A stretch of 35,514 nt of DNA, taken from assembly GCA_019310825.1 (NCBI GenBank), contig JAFDDO010000002.1, positions 1-35,514 of the forward strand, written 5' to 3'. Below the pieces are notes generated by a model. The model was not told the DNA's origin. It did no database searches and was given only the letters and a program-made list of their open reading frames with translations. Position numbers and translations under genes: made by a program. Positions 1-8,257 of the stretch are shown one piece after another (positions within the stretch are counted from its first letter, which is position 1; each line of letters opens with the position of its first letter). The DNA is from Deltaproteobacteria bacterium (GTDB taxonomy: Bacteria > Desulfobacterota > Dissulfuribacteria > Dissulfuribacterales > UBA3076).

Positions 1-642
1 GATCTTAAGGGCGAGCTTGCCGGACGGGGAGGTATTGGTCAGGAAGACCGCGCCTGCTCCATCAGAGAGCATCCAACGAAGAAAATCCGCATTAAAGGTC
101 ACCGGAGACGATTCTTCTAAGTCTTCAACCTTCTTCTGACTGACTGGTCCAAAAAACCGGCTACGTATGAAGGAGGATGCCAGTTCCGAACCACAAGCCA
201 CTGCATTTTTCGAAATCCCAGTAGCTACGTTCATATATGCGTATTTCAATGCTGTTATTCCGGAAAGGCAGATCCCTGAGGTACTGACCACTTCGCACGG
301 AATATTTCCCAATTCTCCATGCACCATTGATCCATGACCAGGCATCAATTGATCCGGTGTGGATGTTCCGCAACAAAGGCATTCAATATCATCCTGAGAA
401 AAACCTTCGTAAGGCTTCAGTTGGCGAATCGCTTCTGCCGTAAGCTGAACATTTGTGTGTGTTGTCTGGCCAGTGGCAGGATCAATGGCATAATATCTTT
501 GATGAATCCTATTTTTTCGGAGAATAATTTTCTTGATACGAGATGATACCTGGTCGACCATGCCCAAAATCTTTTCAATCTCATCGTTGTTGACAGGACT
601 GTTTGGCAAAAAAGCCGCAATATCAGTTATATAAACATCCAT
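1..642 (-). CDS. beta-ketoacyl-ACP synthase III-like condensing enzyme (FabH/DarB/type III PKS-like thiolase); C-terminus lies beyond the window edge
   Basis: My own translation of the minus strand from ATG 642-640. The frame stays open to position 1, which is why it is absent from the ORF track. Sequence: MDVYITDIAAFLPNSPVNNDEIEKILGMVDQVSSRIKKIILRKNRIHQRYYAIDPATGQTTHTNVQLTAEAIRQLKPYEGFSQDDIECLCCGTSTPDQLMPGHGSMVHGELGNIPCEVVSTSGICLSGITALKY... The N-terminal layout and the nucleophile-Cys context (GICLSG) are typical of KAS III-type enzymes. Confidence 0.7.
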   Translation of the reverse strand, partial: MDVYITDIAAFLPNSPVNNDEIEKILGMVDQVSSRIKKIILRKNRIHQRYYAIDPATGQTTHTNVQLTAEAIRQLKPYEGFSQDDIECLCCGTSTPDQLMPGHGSMVHGELGNIPCEVVSTSGICLSGITALKYAYMNVATGISKNAVACGSELASSFIRSRFFGPVSQKKVEDLEESSPVTFNADFLRWMLSDGAGAVFLTNTSPSGKLALKI

Positions 643-650
643 TGTAACTG

Positions 651-785
651 CTCAGGTATTTAGGCTGAAGGCTGAAGGCTGAAGTATATCAATCATCTCG
701 TAACGCTCGAATGCCCTAAGTTTTGTGTGATCGCGCATGTTTTGTTCCTAAAAACCTTCCACCTTTAGTCTATCCACCTGAGTAG
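651..785. repeat. 135-bp hairpin cassette (family 2, GGCTGAA-type arms) that fills the whole gap between the cobalamin radical SAM gene and the KAS III gene
   Basis: The left arm ctcaggtatttaggctgaaggctgaaggctgaag is the inverted complement of the right arm ccttccacctttagtctatccacctgag. The core ttttgtgtgatcgcgcatg recurs at 27040-27058 and 27181-27197. On the minus strand the core reads ATG CGC GAT CAC ACA AAA CTT AGG GCA TTC GAG = MRDHTKLRAFE. Confidence 0.8.
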
Positions 786-2156
786 TCATAATTTTGCCCC
801 GGCGTGACAGGCCTTTAAGAGGCTGGCATAATTTTGGTAAAAAACCTCCTCTTCCAATTGTGTAGGGGTAACTGCATTTGTAAGAGTATAATAATCAAGA
901 TCGTGAATAATGATTTGATCTTTTACTGATTCGTACAAATGAGTTCCGGGCAAAGGCGTCAGCACTGTTAGTATCGGCAAATCAATGGCGTTATCCTCGA
1001 TGTATCTTGCGAGCGTTTCAAATTGGGCCTCTTTATAATCCGGAGAAACGATAAAGTCACCTACGATAGTGATGCCGATATTGTGCAATATTCGGATAGC
1101 TTCCGAGTTGGTCGCGACGTTGTTGGCCTTTTTCATTTTCTGAAGGCCTTCATTGCTGATTTCTTCAAAACCAATAATCACTGACCGCAGTCCTGCTTTT
1201 TTCCACTGCAACAGCAGGTCGGAATGACGCACTACAGTGTCAGACCGGATGTCCGCCAGGAAATGTTTTTTTATCCCGGCTTCTTGAATACCTTCGCAAA
1301 GTCTGCTTGCGTGATCAAGATTGCCAAAGGTATTGGCATCGACCAGACGGATAACAGGAATGTCCTCAAGCAACCGGATGTCGCGCAAAATACTTTCGAT
1401 TTTGCGGGTAAGATAGCGCCCTCCAGCTTGGCCGGCAATGCAACAAAATGAACAGTTGTATGGGCAGCCGAAAGCCGTTGCTACAAAACCGACTCTGAGA
1501 TTGAGAGATGACAGTGTATAGCTCTCACGATATTGCCTTACAAGATCGTAACAAGGAGATTTTTCATCCACTAGGTCAAGGGAACAGTATTTTCGAGGAA
1601 TATATGAGAGACGACTTCCCGGATTGGTCTTGGCAACGCCGGCAATGGTCCTTGTCTCACCTCCCGACTCAATGGTTGACACAAGTTCTCTCAGGCTCGC
1701 CTTTCCCAAGCCTATGACAATATAGTCAATGTCTTGTTGATTAAAGAACTCAGGGTCATTGCTGGCATGCATACCCCCCACCACCACGGTTGCACCGCAG
1801 GCCTCCTTGATCTCCGATGCGAGCATGAGCATGGTGTTTGCTTCACAGGTCACTCCGGTAATTCCGACAATATCAGGCATGAACTCAGAGAGAACACTGT
1901 GCAGCGTGGAAGGTTCTGCCTTGAGATCGACAATACGGACCTCGTATATTTCGAGGTTACCTGCCAGGACCTCGAGAGCAAGGGGTTCCCCGCGGAATAT
2001 CTGCTTCAGGGAATCGATTCCGTATTGCTCTTCCGGAATACTGCGACCGCAATTAGGAGGGTTGACAAGGAGAATCTTCACGAGCTTGAGTTCTTTTTCA
2101 AGAAAACCAACAAATAGGATCTTCGGCCAGATAATCTCCGGTGATCTGATAGGCAT
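786..2156 (-). CDS. class B (cobalamin-binding domain) radical SAM enzyme
   Basis: 456-aa ORF. The N-terminal region (KILLVNPPN...EPLALEVLAGNL...VGGMHAS) resembles the B12-binding Rossmann domain of BchE/P-methylase-type enzymes. The radical SAM motif CPYNCSFC (CxxxCxxC) follows. The start is uncertain: ATG 2156 overlaps the upstream gene by 59 nt, and GTG 2081 (VKILLVNPP) is the alternative. Confidence 0.85.
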   Translation of the reverse strand: MPIRSPEIIWPKILFVGFLEKELKLVKILLVNPPNCGRSIPEEQYGIDSLKQIFRGEPLALEVLAGNLEIYEVRIVDLKAEPSTLHSVLSEFMPDIVGITGVTCEANTMLMLASEIKEACGATVVVGGMHASNDPEFFNQQDIDYIVIGLGKASLRELVSTIESGGETRTIAGVAKTNPGSRLSYIPRKYCSLDLVDEKSPCYDLVRQYRESYTLSSLNLRVGFVATAFGCPYNCSFCCIAGQAGGRYLTRKIESILRDIRLLEDIPVIRLVDANTFGNLDHASRLCEGIQEAGIKKHFLADIRSDTVVRHSDLLLQWKKAGLRSVIIGFEEISNEGLQKMKKANNVATNSEAIRILHNIGITIVGDFIVSPDYKEAQFETLARYIEDNAIDLPILTVLTPLPGTHLYESVKDQIIIHDLDYYTLTNAVTPTQLEEEVFYQNYASLLKACHAGAKL

Positions 2157-3132
2157 TGCCCCTGCAACCGTAGCATCTATACTTCAGCTCACATTTGCCA
2201 CAACGTCCCTTTATCAATTTCCGTATGTTTCTGAGCTCTTGGATAACCGGACTCTTGTTTAAGATATGTTCCAATGTATCTTCACGGACATTTCCTACAG
2301 ACAGGTTTACTCCACAGCATGGATGGATGTCTCCATTGGCGACCACAGTGCATGAGTATTCATGCCTGGCGCAGTGAGAGGCTGCCAATGGTGGATGGGG
2401 AATCCACTTGTTGCCAAACTCCTCGGCATCAATCTTTGCAAGGCTTTCAAACAGGGTCCTGGTTTTTTGGATCGATACCTCCAGGTCAGGATGCTCTGTT
2501 GCTCTGCCCTGCAAGGTCATGATCTCTACATAGGGAATAATTCCTTGTTTCCTGGCCCATCGCCACAATTGGGGAAGTTCTTCATAGTTCTGACGGCATA
2601 TGACGGTTTCAACTCCAAGTATGTGTTCCTCATCCGGGTAACCAACAGCCCTTAAGGCCTCAATGCCTCGCTCTATGGCCTGAAATGTCCCGGAATGTCC
2701 AGCCAGCAAGTCCTGGATCTCAGGACGTCTGCTGTTCATCTTTACAACCACGGCTACACCTCTGTCATAAAGGGCTCTGGCCTTGGACGGCGTTATCAGT
2801 GTCCCGTTAGTGAAGAGATCTGCTTTTACGCCTTTGGACAGTATGTAATCTATAACATCAATCAGATATGGATAGAGCAGAGGCTCGCCACCTCCCAGTA
2901 TGATTATCTTGCGTGCCCCAAGTGCTACGGCCTGGTCCACTACATCCAGTATTTCAGGCAGTGAAAGTTCGTTTTCCATAGGTAAGCCGGATGACGCATA
3001 ACAGTATATACAGCGCAGATTGCACGCCCTCGACAGCTCAAGTTCCAGGGACAGAAGTCCCTTTCGGGCACGGGCCTCGGCAATCTCTTCTTGAGAGAAC
3101 TCAAGTCCCCAATGTTTTTCAAAAAAGCTCAT
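2098..3132 (-). CDS. radical SAM enzyme with a C-terminal SPASM/twitch-type Cys-rich domain
   Basis: 344-aa ORF with CNLRCIYC (CxxxCxxC) near the N-terminus. The C-terminal auxiliary-cluster region is CARHEYSC...HPCC...GRCGKCELKYRCYGCRGNAY. Its ATG forms an ATGA overlap with the stop of the upstream ligase gene (3129-3132). Confidence 0.85.
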   Translation of the reverse strand: MSFFEKHWGLEFSQEEIAEARARKGLLSLELELSRACNLRCIYCYASSGLPMENELSLPEILDVVDQAVALGARKIIILGGGEPLLYPYLIDVIDYILSKGVKADLFTNGTLITPSKARALYDRGVAVVVKMNSRRPEIQDLLAGHSGTFQAIERGIEALRAVGYPDEEHILGVETVICRQNYEELPQLWRWARKQGIIPYVEIMTLQGRATEHPDLEVSIQKTRTLFESLAKIDAEEFGNKWIPHPPLAASHCARHEYSCTVVANGDIHPCCGVNLSVGNVREDTLEHILNKSPVIQELRNIRKLIKGRCGKCELKYRCYGCRGNAYQITGDYLAEDPICWFS

Positions 3133-4466
3133 GGTTTATCATTATCCCTAAGATCAAAAAAACGTTTCAGTTTTCGTCCGCCCGCCTTTTCCATAGTGTT
3201 TAGCACTTCTTGCCTGGGCCTTACTATTACCTCAGGACGGACTCTGAGGCGGGCCTGGAGGAATTCGGCCACCATGTCTGCATCAATATCTGATGCGTCT
3301 GTGCCTGCAACCACCCTTATTTCATCCGAAAGATCATACGAAGACTTCACCTCCACATAGGCCTCCTCCACATGTCTGAACTCTCTGAGCACATGGAAAA
3401 TCATCTCCGGATAGATGGTCGTCCCATGAAATTTAAGGCGTTGAGCAAGCCTTCCTTCTATAGGACCCAGACGAGTTGTACGCCAACCGCATTGGCATGG
3501 GTCTGTATGAAGCCGGGCCACATCTCCGGTACGAAAACGTATAAGAGGAAAGCCCTCCACGCCCAGCGGGGTAACCACAACTTCACCGGCTTTGCCTGTT
3601 GGCAGAACGTTTCCATCTCCATCCACGATCTCAACCAGGGCAAGTTCCGGATGGATATGCCCACCGCAAGAGGCATGACACTCGCAAAAGCAGGTCTCCA
3701 GCTCTGTTGCAGCGTAAGAAGAATAGACGCGCGCTCCCCATGCCTTTTCCAGATCTTTACCAAGAGGGGTTAAGGAGTTACCCTGCCCCCGGACCGGTTC
3801 ACCAATTGTGACAAGAGATTGCACTCCGGAGCAGTTGGGAGAATACCCCTGGGCCTCTCCCCACTGCGCCAATTTTAACAGGAACGTAGGCACGCCCACG
3901 ATTCCATCGGGCCTGAGCTGGCGTATCAGTTCCCACTGTCTGGCGGATTGGCCGGGTCCGCTTCGGATGGCAGTGGCACCAAGCTGGACAAGACCGGAAA
4001 AATAAGCCAGTCCGGCGATAAAACAACGGTCCAGAGTCACACAGATAAGATAGCGGTCTCCAGGCCGGACCCCCGTACCCCAGAAGGCCATGAGTTCGTT
4101 AAAGGCAAGCCGTGCAAGGTCGTTCCTGGTGTATGGAACCACTATGGGACTTCCTGTTGTCCCTGAAGTCAGTGACAGATCGGCTATTGATGCGGCCTCA
4201 ACCGCCTGAAAGGCTGTTGGGTCCATTTCTAATGCGCTGCGGCTGGTAAACGGCAAGGACCTGAGATCTTCCAAGACAATTATGTCTTTAAAGCTGCAAC
4301 CCAGAGCTTTCAGAAGTTGCTTGTAATAAGGGGCTTGACCGGCTTGCTGAACCTGGTTTCGCAAAAGCCCTGCCTGGAAATTTTCTATTTTTTCCGGGTC
4401 TGCGATACGCCACTCTAAAGCAGTCTTCAAAGAATAGCGGCTTTGCGTCAAACTACATTTAGTCAT
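3129..4466 (-). CDS. adenylate-forming enzyme of the PaaK / coenzyme F390 synthetase / LuxE acyl-protein synthetase type
   Basis: 445-aa ORF with the phosphate-binding loop LTSGTTGSPIVVPYT. Size and layout match phenylacetate-CoA-ligase-like (COG1541) enzymes. It overlaps the upstream gene by 8 nt. Confidence 0.8.
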   Translation of the reverse strand: MTKCSLTQSRYSLKTALEWRIADPEKIENFQAGLLRNQVQQAGQAPYYKQLLKALGCSFKDIIVLEDLRSLPFTSRSALEMDPTAFQAVEAASIADLSLTSGTTGSPIVVPYTRNDLARLAFNELMAFWGTGVRPGDRYLICVTLDRCFIAGLAYFSGLVQLGATAIRSGPGQSARQWELIRQLRPDGIVGVPTFLLKLAQWGEAQGYSPNCSGVQSLVTIGEPVRGQGNSLTPLGKDLEKAWGARVYSSYAATELETCFCECHASCGGHIHPELALVEIVDGDGNVLPTGKAGEVVVTPLGVEGFPLIRFRTGDVARLHTDPCQCGWRTTRLGPIEGRLAQRLKFHGTTIYPEMIFHVLREFRHVEEAYVEVKSSYDLSDEIRVVAGTDASDIDADMVAEFLQARLRVRPEVIVRPRQEVLNTMEKAGGRKLKRFFDLRDNDKP

Positions 4467-5271
4467 TGCCGCAAATAGCCGAAGATGTGATTAGATCGGA
4501 CATCATGCCCGACTTATAGCCAGTGGCGTTAAAAGGATTCACGCTTCGCTTGGCCAACTCGGTCGCTATGGACTCTCTGGCTTGATCCTTCAACGCGCGA
4601 ATACAGTCCGGATTATCCCCACACCCGGATGGTATTATCGGAGATAAGATGACCATCTTCACCCTGGATGGTGTGAGAAACCTGCTACCCGGTGGCATCA
4701 GGCGGTCAGTCCCCAGGATACATACCGGCACTATAGATGTTCCTGTATTACAAGCCAACCGGAAAGCCCCATTTTTAAAACGCGCAAGCCCGCCGTCTCT
4801 GGAGCGGTGTCCCTCAGGCCAGAATATGAGAGAACACCCCGATGCCAGCAGTTCTTTTCCCTTGCTCCAGACTATATCCCAGCCGTCATTTGAATTGATG
4901 TAACGCGCCAATCGCATTAACCACTTGTAGACCGGAATTCGAAAGGGCCACGATGTCACAAAGGCATTTTCAAACGGCAGCATACCAAAAAGGTAAGGGT
5001 CTACTGAGGAATTATGATTAGCCACAAATATTACCGGAGGTTTAATTCCGTTGGAAAAGTCTTCTACGGTGGCCGGGGCCATAAAGGGGACAACACGCAC
5101 CAATGCCCAACCATAAAGACGAATACTCTCCCTAATTACGCTGTCCATTGGCTGGTTTGCAAAAACGCTGTATATCAATAGTAAGGGGAGTATAAAAGAA
5201 AGACAGAAAACAGTGAAAACAGCAAAGACAGGCCAAATATACAGGTTGAGCAACAACTTTTTAAGGCCCAC
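4459..5271 (-). CDS. lysophospholipid / 1-acyl-sn-glycerol-3-phosphate acyltransferase family protein (PlsC-like), membrane anchored
   Basis: 270-aa ORF with an N-terminal TM segment, the HX4D motif (NHNSSVD) and a PEG(H/T)RS-type motif (WPEGHRSRDG). The GTG start at 5271 lies 6 nt after an AAGGAG. Confidence 0.8.
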   Translation of the reverse strand: MGLKKLLLNLYIWPVFAVFTVFCLSFILPLLLIYSVFANQPMDSVIRESIRLYGWALVRVVPFMAPATVEDFSNGIKPPVIFVANHNSSVDPYLFGMLPFENAFVTSWPFRIPVYKWLMRLARYINSNDGWDIVWSKGKELLASGCSLIFWPEGHRSRDGGLARFKNGAFRLACNTGTSIVPVCILGTDRLMPPGSRFLTPSRVKMVILSPIIPSGCGDNPDCIRALKDQARESIATELAKRSVNPFNATGYKSGMMSDLITSSAICGND

Positions 5272-5274
5272 TTA

Positions 5275-5541
5275 CTACTCCTTAGCAGCTTGCTGATTAC
5301 TAAGATGACTAACAAGCTCAAAAAGATCGCCCAGAGTCCTTACAGCCCGCACTGCCTCTTCATCGGTCATCTTCATCCCAAATGCCTTTTCCAGGGCCAC
5401 TACCATGTCTACCGCATCAAGGCTGTCCAGCCCAAGATCCTCATACAGGGTGGCGTCCGGCTGAAGCAACTCGGGTTCGAGTTCGAATTCCTCTGCCATA
5501 ATCTGCGTTACCCGGCGGCGGACCTGTTCGTCTGATATCAT
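5275..5541 (-). CDS. acyl carrier protein
   Basis: Has the LGLDSLD phosphopantetheine-attachment motif. I prefer ATG 5541-5539, which forms an ATGA overlap with the upstream KAS stop and is preceded by GGAGGTG. The ORF track extends the ORF to GTG 5550. Confidence 0.9.
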   Translation of the reverse strand: MISDEQVRRRVTQIMAEEFELEPELLQPDATLYEDLGLDSLDAVDMVVALEKAFGMKMTDEEAVRAVRTLGDLFELVSHLSNQQAAKE

Positions 5542-6788
5542 GCTGTCCACCTCCGCAGCACCATAGCGGCGTTAACCCCACCCAGTGCAAAGTTGTTCTT
5601 TAATACTATGTTCATTGAAAGCTTGTCCACTGAATGTGCCAGATTGATACCTAAACAAGCCGGATCGGGCCTTTCCAGATTAAGGGTCGGCACAACCTCC
5701 TGCCGGTCCAACATCTCAAGGAGCAATATTGTCTCAAGTGCCCCGGCGGCACCAAGGGTGTGCCCCAAATGCCCTTTGTATGAGCTGACCGGCACATCTT
5801 TACCAAATATGGTATGGATTGCAACGGCCTCTGCTATATCTCCAAGCAAAGTCCCCGTGGCATGTGCATTTACATAATCAATGTCATCTCCATTCAATCC
5901 GGCCTCGGCCAAGGCATTACGCATTGTCCTGACCATGGAGTCTTCATGCGGATTGGCAATGCTCTTGCTGTCATTTACATGACCAAACCCCAGGATCTCA
6001 CAATAAATCTTTGCCTTACGCCTCAAAGCAGAGTCCAGGCTTTCCAGGACCACGACACCTCCACCTTCACCACAAACGACCCCATCCCTGTTCAGGTCAA
6101 ATGGCCTGGGAGTGGTCAAAGGGAGATCATGACTTCGTGAGGCCGCTTTTATCACGTCGAACACCATTGTGACCGTAGGATGGACCTCGTCAGCTCCGCC
6201 ACACAGCATCGCCTCTTGCCGGCCGGAGCGAATTAACATATAACCAAGACCCATGGCCTGTGCTGATGAGGTGCACGCACTTGTGGGCGCCCACTGTTCG
6301 CCGGTTATTCCGAGGGCAAGGCAGACATTGGCCGCGCAGCAATGCCCCATAATCTTAAAAAACATCCCGGATCGGACATGTTCAACACTCTCTTCAGGTA
6401 AAAACTGCCTGTACAATGCCTCGTATATCGTGGGACTCCCGGTAGTGGACCCGATTGCCACCCCTACCCTTCCTGATGTCAGAAAGTCCGGCTCAAGTCT
6501 GGAATCCGAGACTGCCTCCTTGGCGGCCAGGGTAGCATAAATGGCCATGGGGCCCATAGTTCGTCGAATGGTGCGAGGCAATAAGGGCTTGGCATCAAAG
6601 GGTGGAACCGGCCCTGCCATGTGGCATTGAAGTCCTTGAATATTCTCCCAATCCGGCATCAGCTGTATGCCTGATCGCCCATTCCACACTCCATCCAATA
6701 GATCAGCCGTCCCTAACCCAAATGGGGATACCGCCCCACGCCCGGTGATAACTACCCGCTTCAGCGACACTGTCTCACCTCGTCCCAC
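5538..6788 (-). CDS. beta-ketoacyl-ACP synthase I/II-like (FabF/FabB family), Cys-His-His triad intact
   Basis: 416-aa ORF with PTSACTSS (nucleophile Cys), NAHATGT and KGHLGHTLGAAG. The start is either GTG 6788 or GTG 6770; the latter is preceded by GAGGTGA. Either start overlaps the upstream gene. Confidence 0.9.
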   Translation of the reverse strand: MGRGETVSLKRVVITGRGAVSPFGLGTADLLDGVWNGRSGIQLMPDWENIQGLQCHMAGPVPPFDAKPLLPRTIRRTMGPMAIYATLAAKEAVSDSRLEPDFLTSGRVGVAIGSTTGSPTIYEALYRQFLPEESVEHVRSGMFFKIMGHCCAANVCLALGITGEQWAPTSACTSSAQAMGLGYMLIRSGRQEAMLCGGADEVHPTVTMVFDVIKAASRSHDLPLTTPRPFDLNRDGVVCGEGGGVVVLESLDSALRRKAKIYCEILGFGHVNDSKSIANPHEDSMVRTMRNALAEAGLNGDDIDYVNAHATGTLLGDIAEAVAIHTIFGKDVPVSSYKGHLGHTLGAAGALETILLLEMLDRQEVVPTLNLERPDPACLGINLAHSVDKLSMNIVLKNNFALGGVNAAMVLRRWTA

Positions 6789-8257
6789 AGGGGTTCCAGA
6801 CCTTCAATTTCACCTACGGTCACCATACCGGCAAGTGAGGCCCCCATTATTCCGGCCATTAACGTCCCCTGTCCGCTAAGCCATAAACCCGGCAAACGGG
6901 TCCTGACCCCGGGACTGAATTGGTTCATGCTGTGCTGAACTCCATATGTTGCTCCCATTGGTGAACCTAGTCTGTCTCTGAATGTAAGAGGGGTCCCTAT
7001 TGCCAGGGGTTCTATGCGGCTGCAGGCATCACCCCAGAGCCTGCCTGCCTGCTCTATCATCTTATCGGCAGATTCTGCTTTCCACTTTCTATATGCCGAG
7101 CTGCGTTTTCCTTGCACACCCTGATCAAAACGGGCTACTTCGTCCCAAGCTGACATCCGTATCAACAGGACTCCCCGTGATGCACCTGTGGAATCCGAAT
7201 CCCTTCGTCCAGGGGCGTTAATCATGATCGATTTTTCCGGATGCCTCAAGTCTAAATCCATTATGTCCAGACCAGTACGGATGTTGTAATAATTGACCCA
7301 TGTCAGATCTCCCAGTGTATCAGGATCATCTATGGCCCCGAATACTATAAACATAGAGTTTGTATTTATCAGATTCCGCATACGATTATAGAAGGCCTTG
7401 CGGAATATTCCATCCGGGACCATATCCAAAAGGCTGGTGGGATGACCCGTGTAGATCACATGAGAGGCGCATATCTCTCCCTTGGAAGTCTTGACTCCTG
7501 CCACCTGATTTTCCTTTACTATGATCGATTCAACCTCTTGCCCGGTCAGAATATCCACGCCTGCTTCTGCCAGGGTTGCTAAAAAGGCATCCACTATGGC
7601 CTGTCCACCACCATCTATGGCATAGACCCCGGAATATAGCGGGTGGGCAACTGAGGCATGGATAGTAAGATTAACCTCCCTGGGTGGAACTCCATAGAGA
7701 AAAACCGGTGTTGACAGCACGGCATGAAGATCCGTATCCTGAATAAGGGATGTCAGAAGTTGAGCCAGGCTCATGCCTTTCGGAGAAAACAGGTCATGTA
7801 AATATGGAGTAAGGGGGAGATCCGGATTAAAGAATGGGATGGTGTTGGAGATTTCCCTGATTTTATTGAGATAGGTGGAAATCCCTTGTTTTTCGTCTGG
7901 AAAGACCCGTTGCAGTTCGTCCTCCAAACGATCATAGGAAAAAAAGGCCCGGACTACTCTGCCGGAATCCCTTATTCTGAGATTCTCATTACCTTCCGGG
8001 GGAAAGGGAAGTATGACAAGACGAGGCCAGACACCTATATATTCCCACAGGGCCCGCAGTATTTCTCCCTTTCCCATACCACCTGAGTAGTGAAAACCAA
8101 TGTCAAAGGGAATTCCTCTGCGTGTAAAACGCTTTAACGCCCCACCGGGCCTCTTGTTTCGTTCCAGTATAATTACTCGTCTGCCTTTTTTGGCAAGCAG
8201 GGCCGCGGCTGTCAGACCGCTTATCCCGCTCCCTATGACAACGACTGCAGCCTTCAT
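6761..8257 (-). CDS. NAD(P)/FAD-dependent oxidoreductase of the phytoene desaturase (CrtI/CrtD, COG1233) type
   Basis: Has the dinucleotide-binding fold MKAAVVVIGSGISGLTAAALLAKKGRRVIILE. Its length of about 498 aa and its C-terminal GQGTLMAGIMGA-type segment are typical of CrtI-like enzymes. I chose ATG 8257 (ATGA overlap with the upstream KAS stop) rather than the track start at 8314. Confidence 0.8.
   Translation of the reverse strand: MKAAVVVIGSGISGLTAAALLAKKGRRVIILERNKRPGGALKRFTRRGIPFDIGFHYSGGMGKGEILRALWEYIGVWPRLVILPFPPEGNENLRIRDSGRVVRAFFSYDRLEDELQRVFPDEKQGISTYLNKIREISNTIPFFNPDLPLTPYLHDLFSPKGMSLAQLLTSLIQDTDLHAVLSTPVFLYGVPPREVNLTIHASVAHPLYSGVYAIDGGGQAIVDAFLATLAEAGVDILTGQEVESIIVKENQVAGVKTSKGEICASHVIYTGHPTSLLDMVPDGIFRKAFYNRMRNLINTNSMFIVFGAIDDPDTLGDLTWVNYYNIRTGLDIMDLDLRHPEKSIMINAPGRRDSDSTGASRGVLLIRMSAWDEVARFDQGVQGKRSSAYRKWKAESADKMIEQAGRLWGDACSRIEPLAIGTPLTFRDRLGSPMGATYGVQHSMNQFSPGVRTRLPGLWLSGQGTLMAGIMGASLAGMVTVGEIEGLEPLWDEVRQCR

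Noticed and set aside
655-683. Short tandem oligonucleotide repeats (ggctgaa x3 here; also 26931-26960, gttcgat repeats 13793-13812 and 24831-24858, ggattacac 23707-23730) considered as a CRISPR or VNTR signal
   Set aside because: The units are only 6-10 nt with no spacers and no cas genes. They form the inverted arms of the hairpin cassettes described above.
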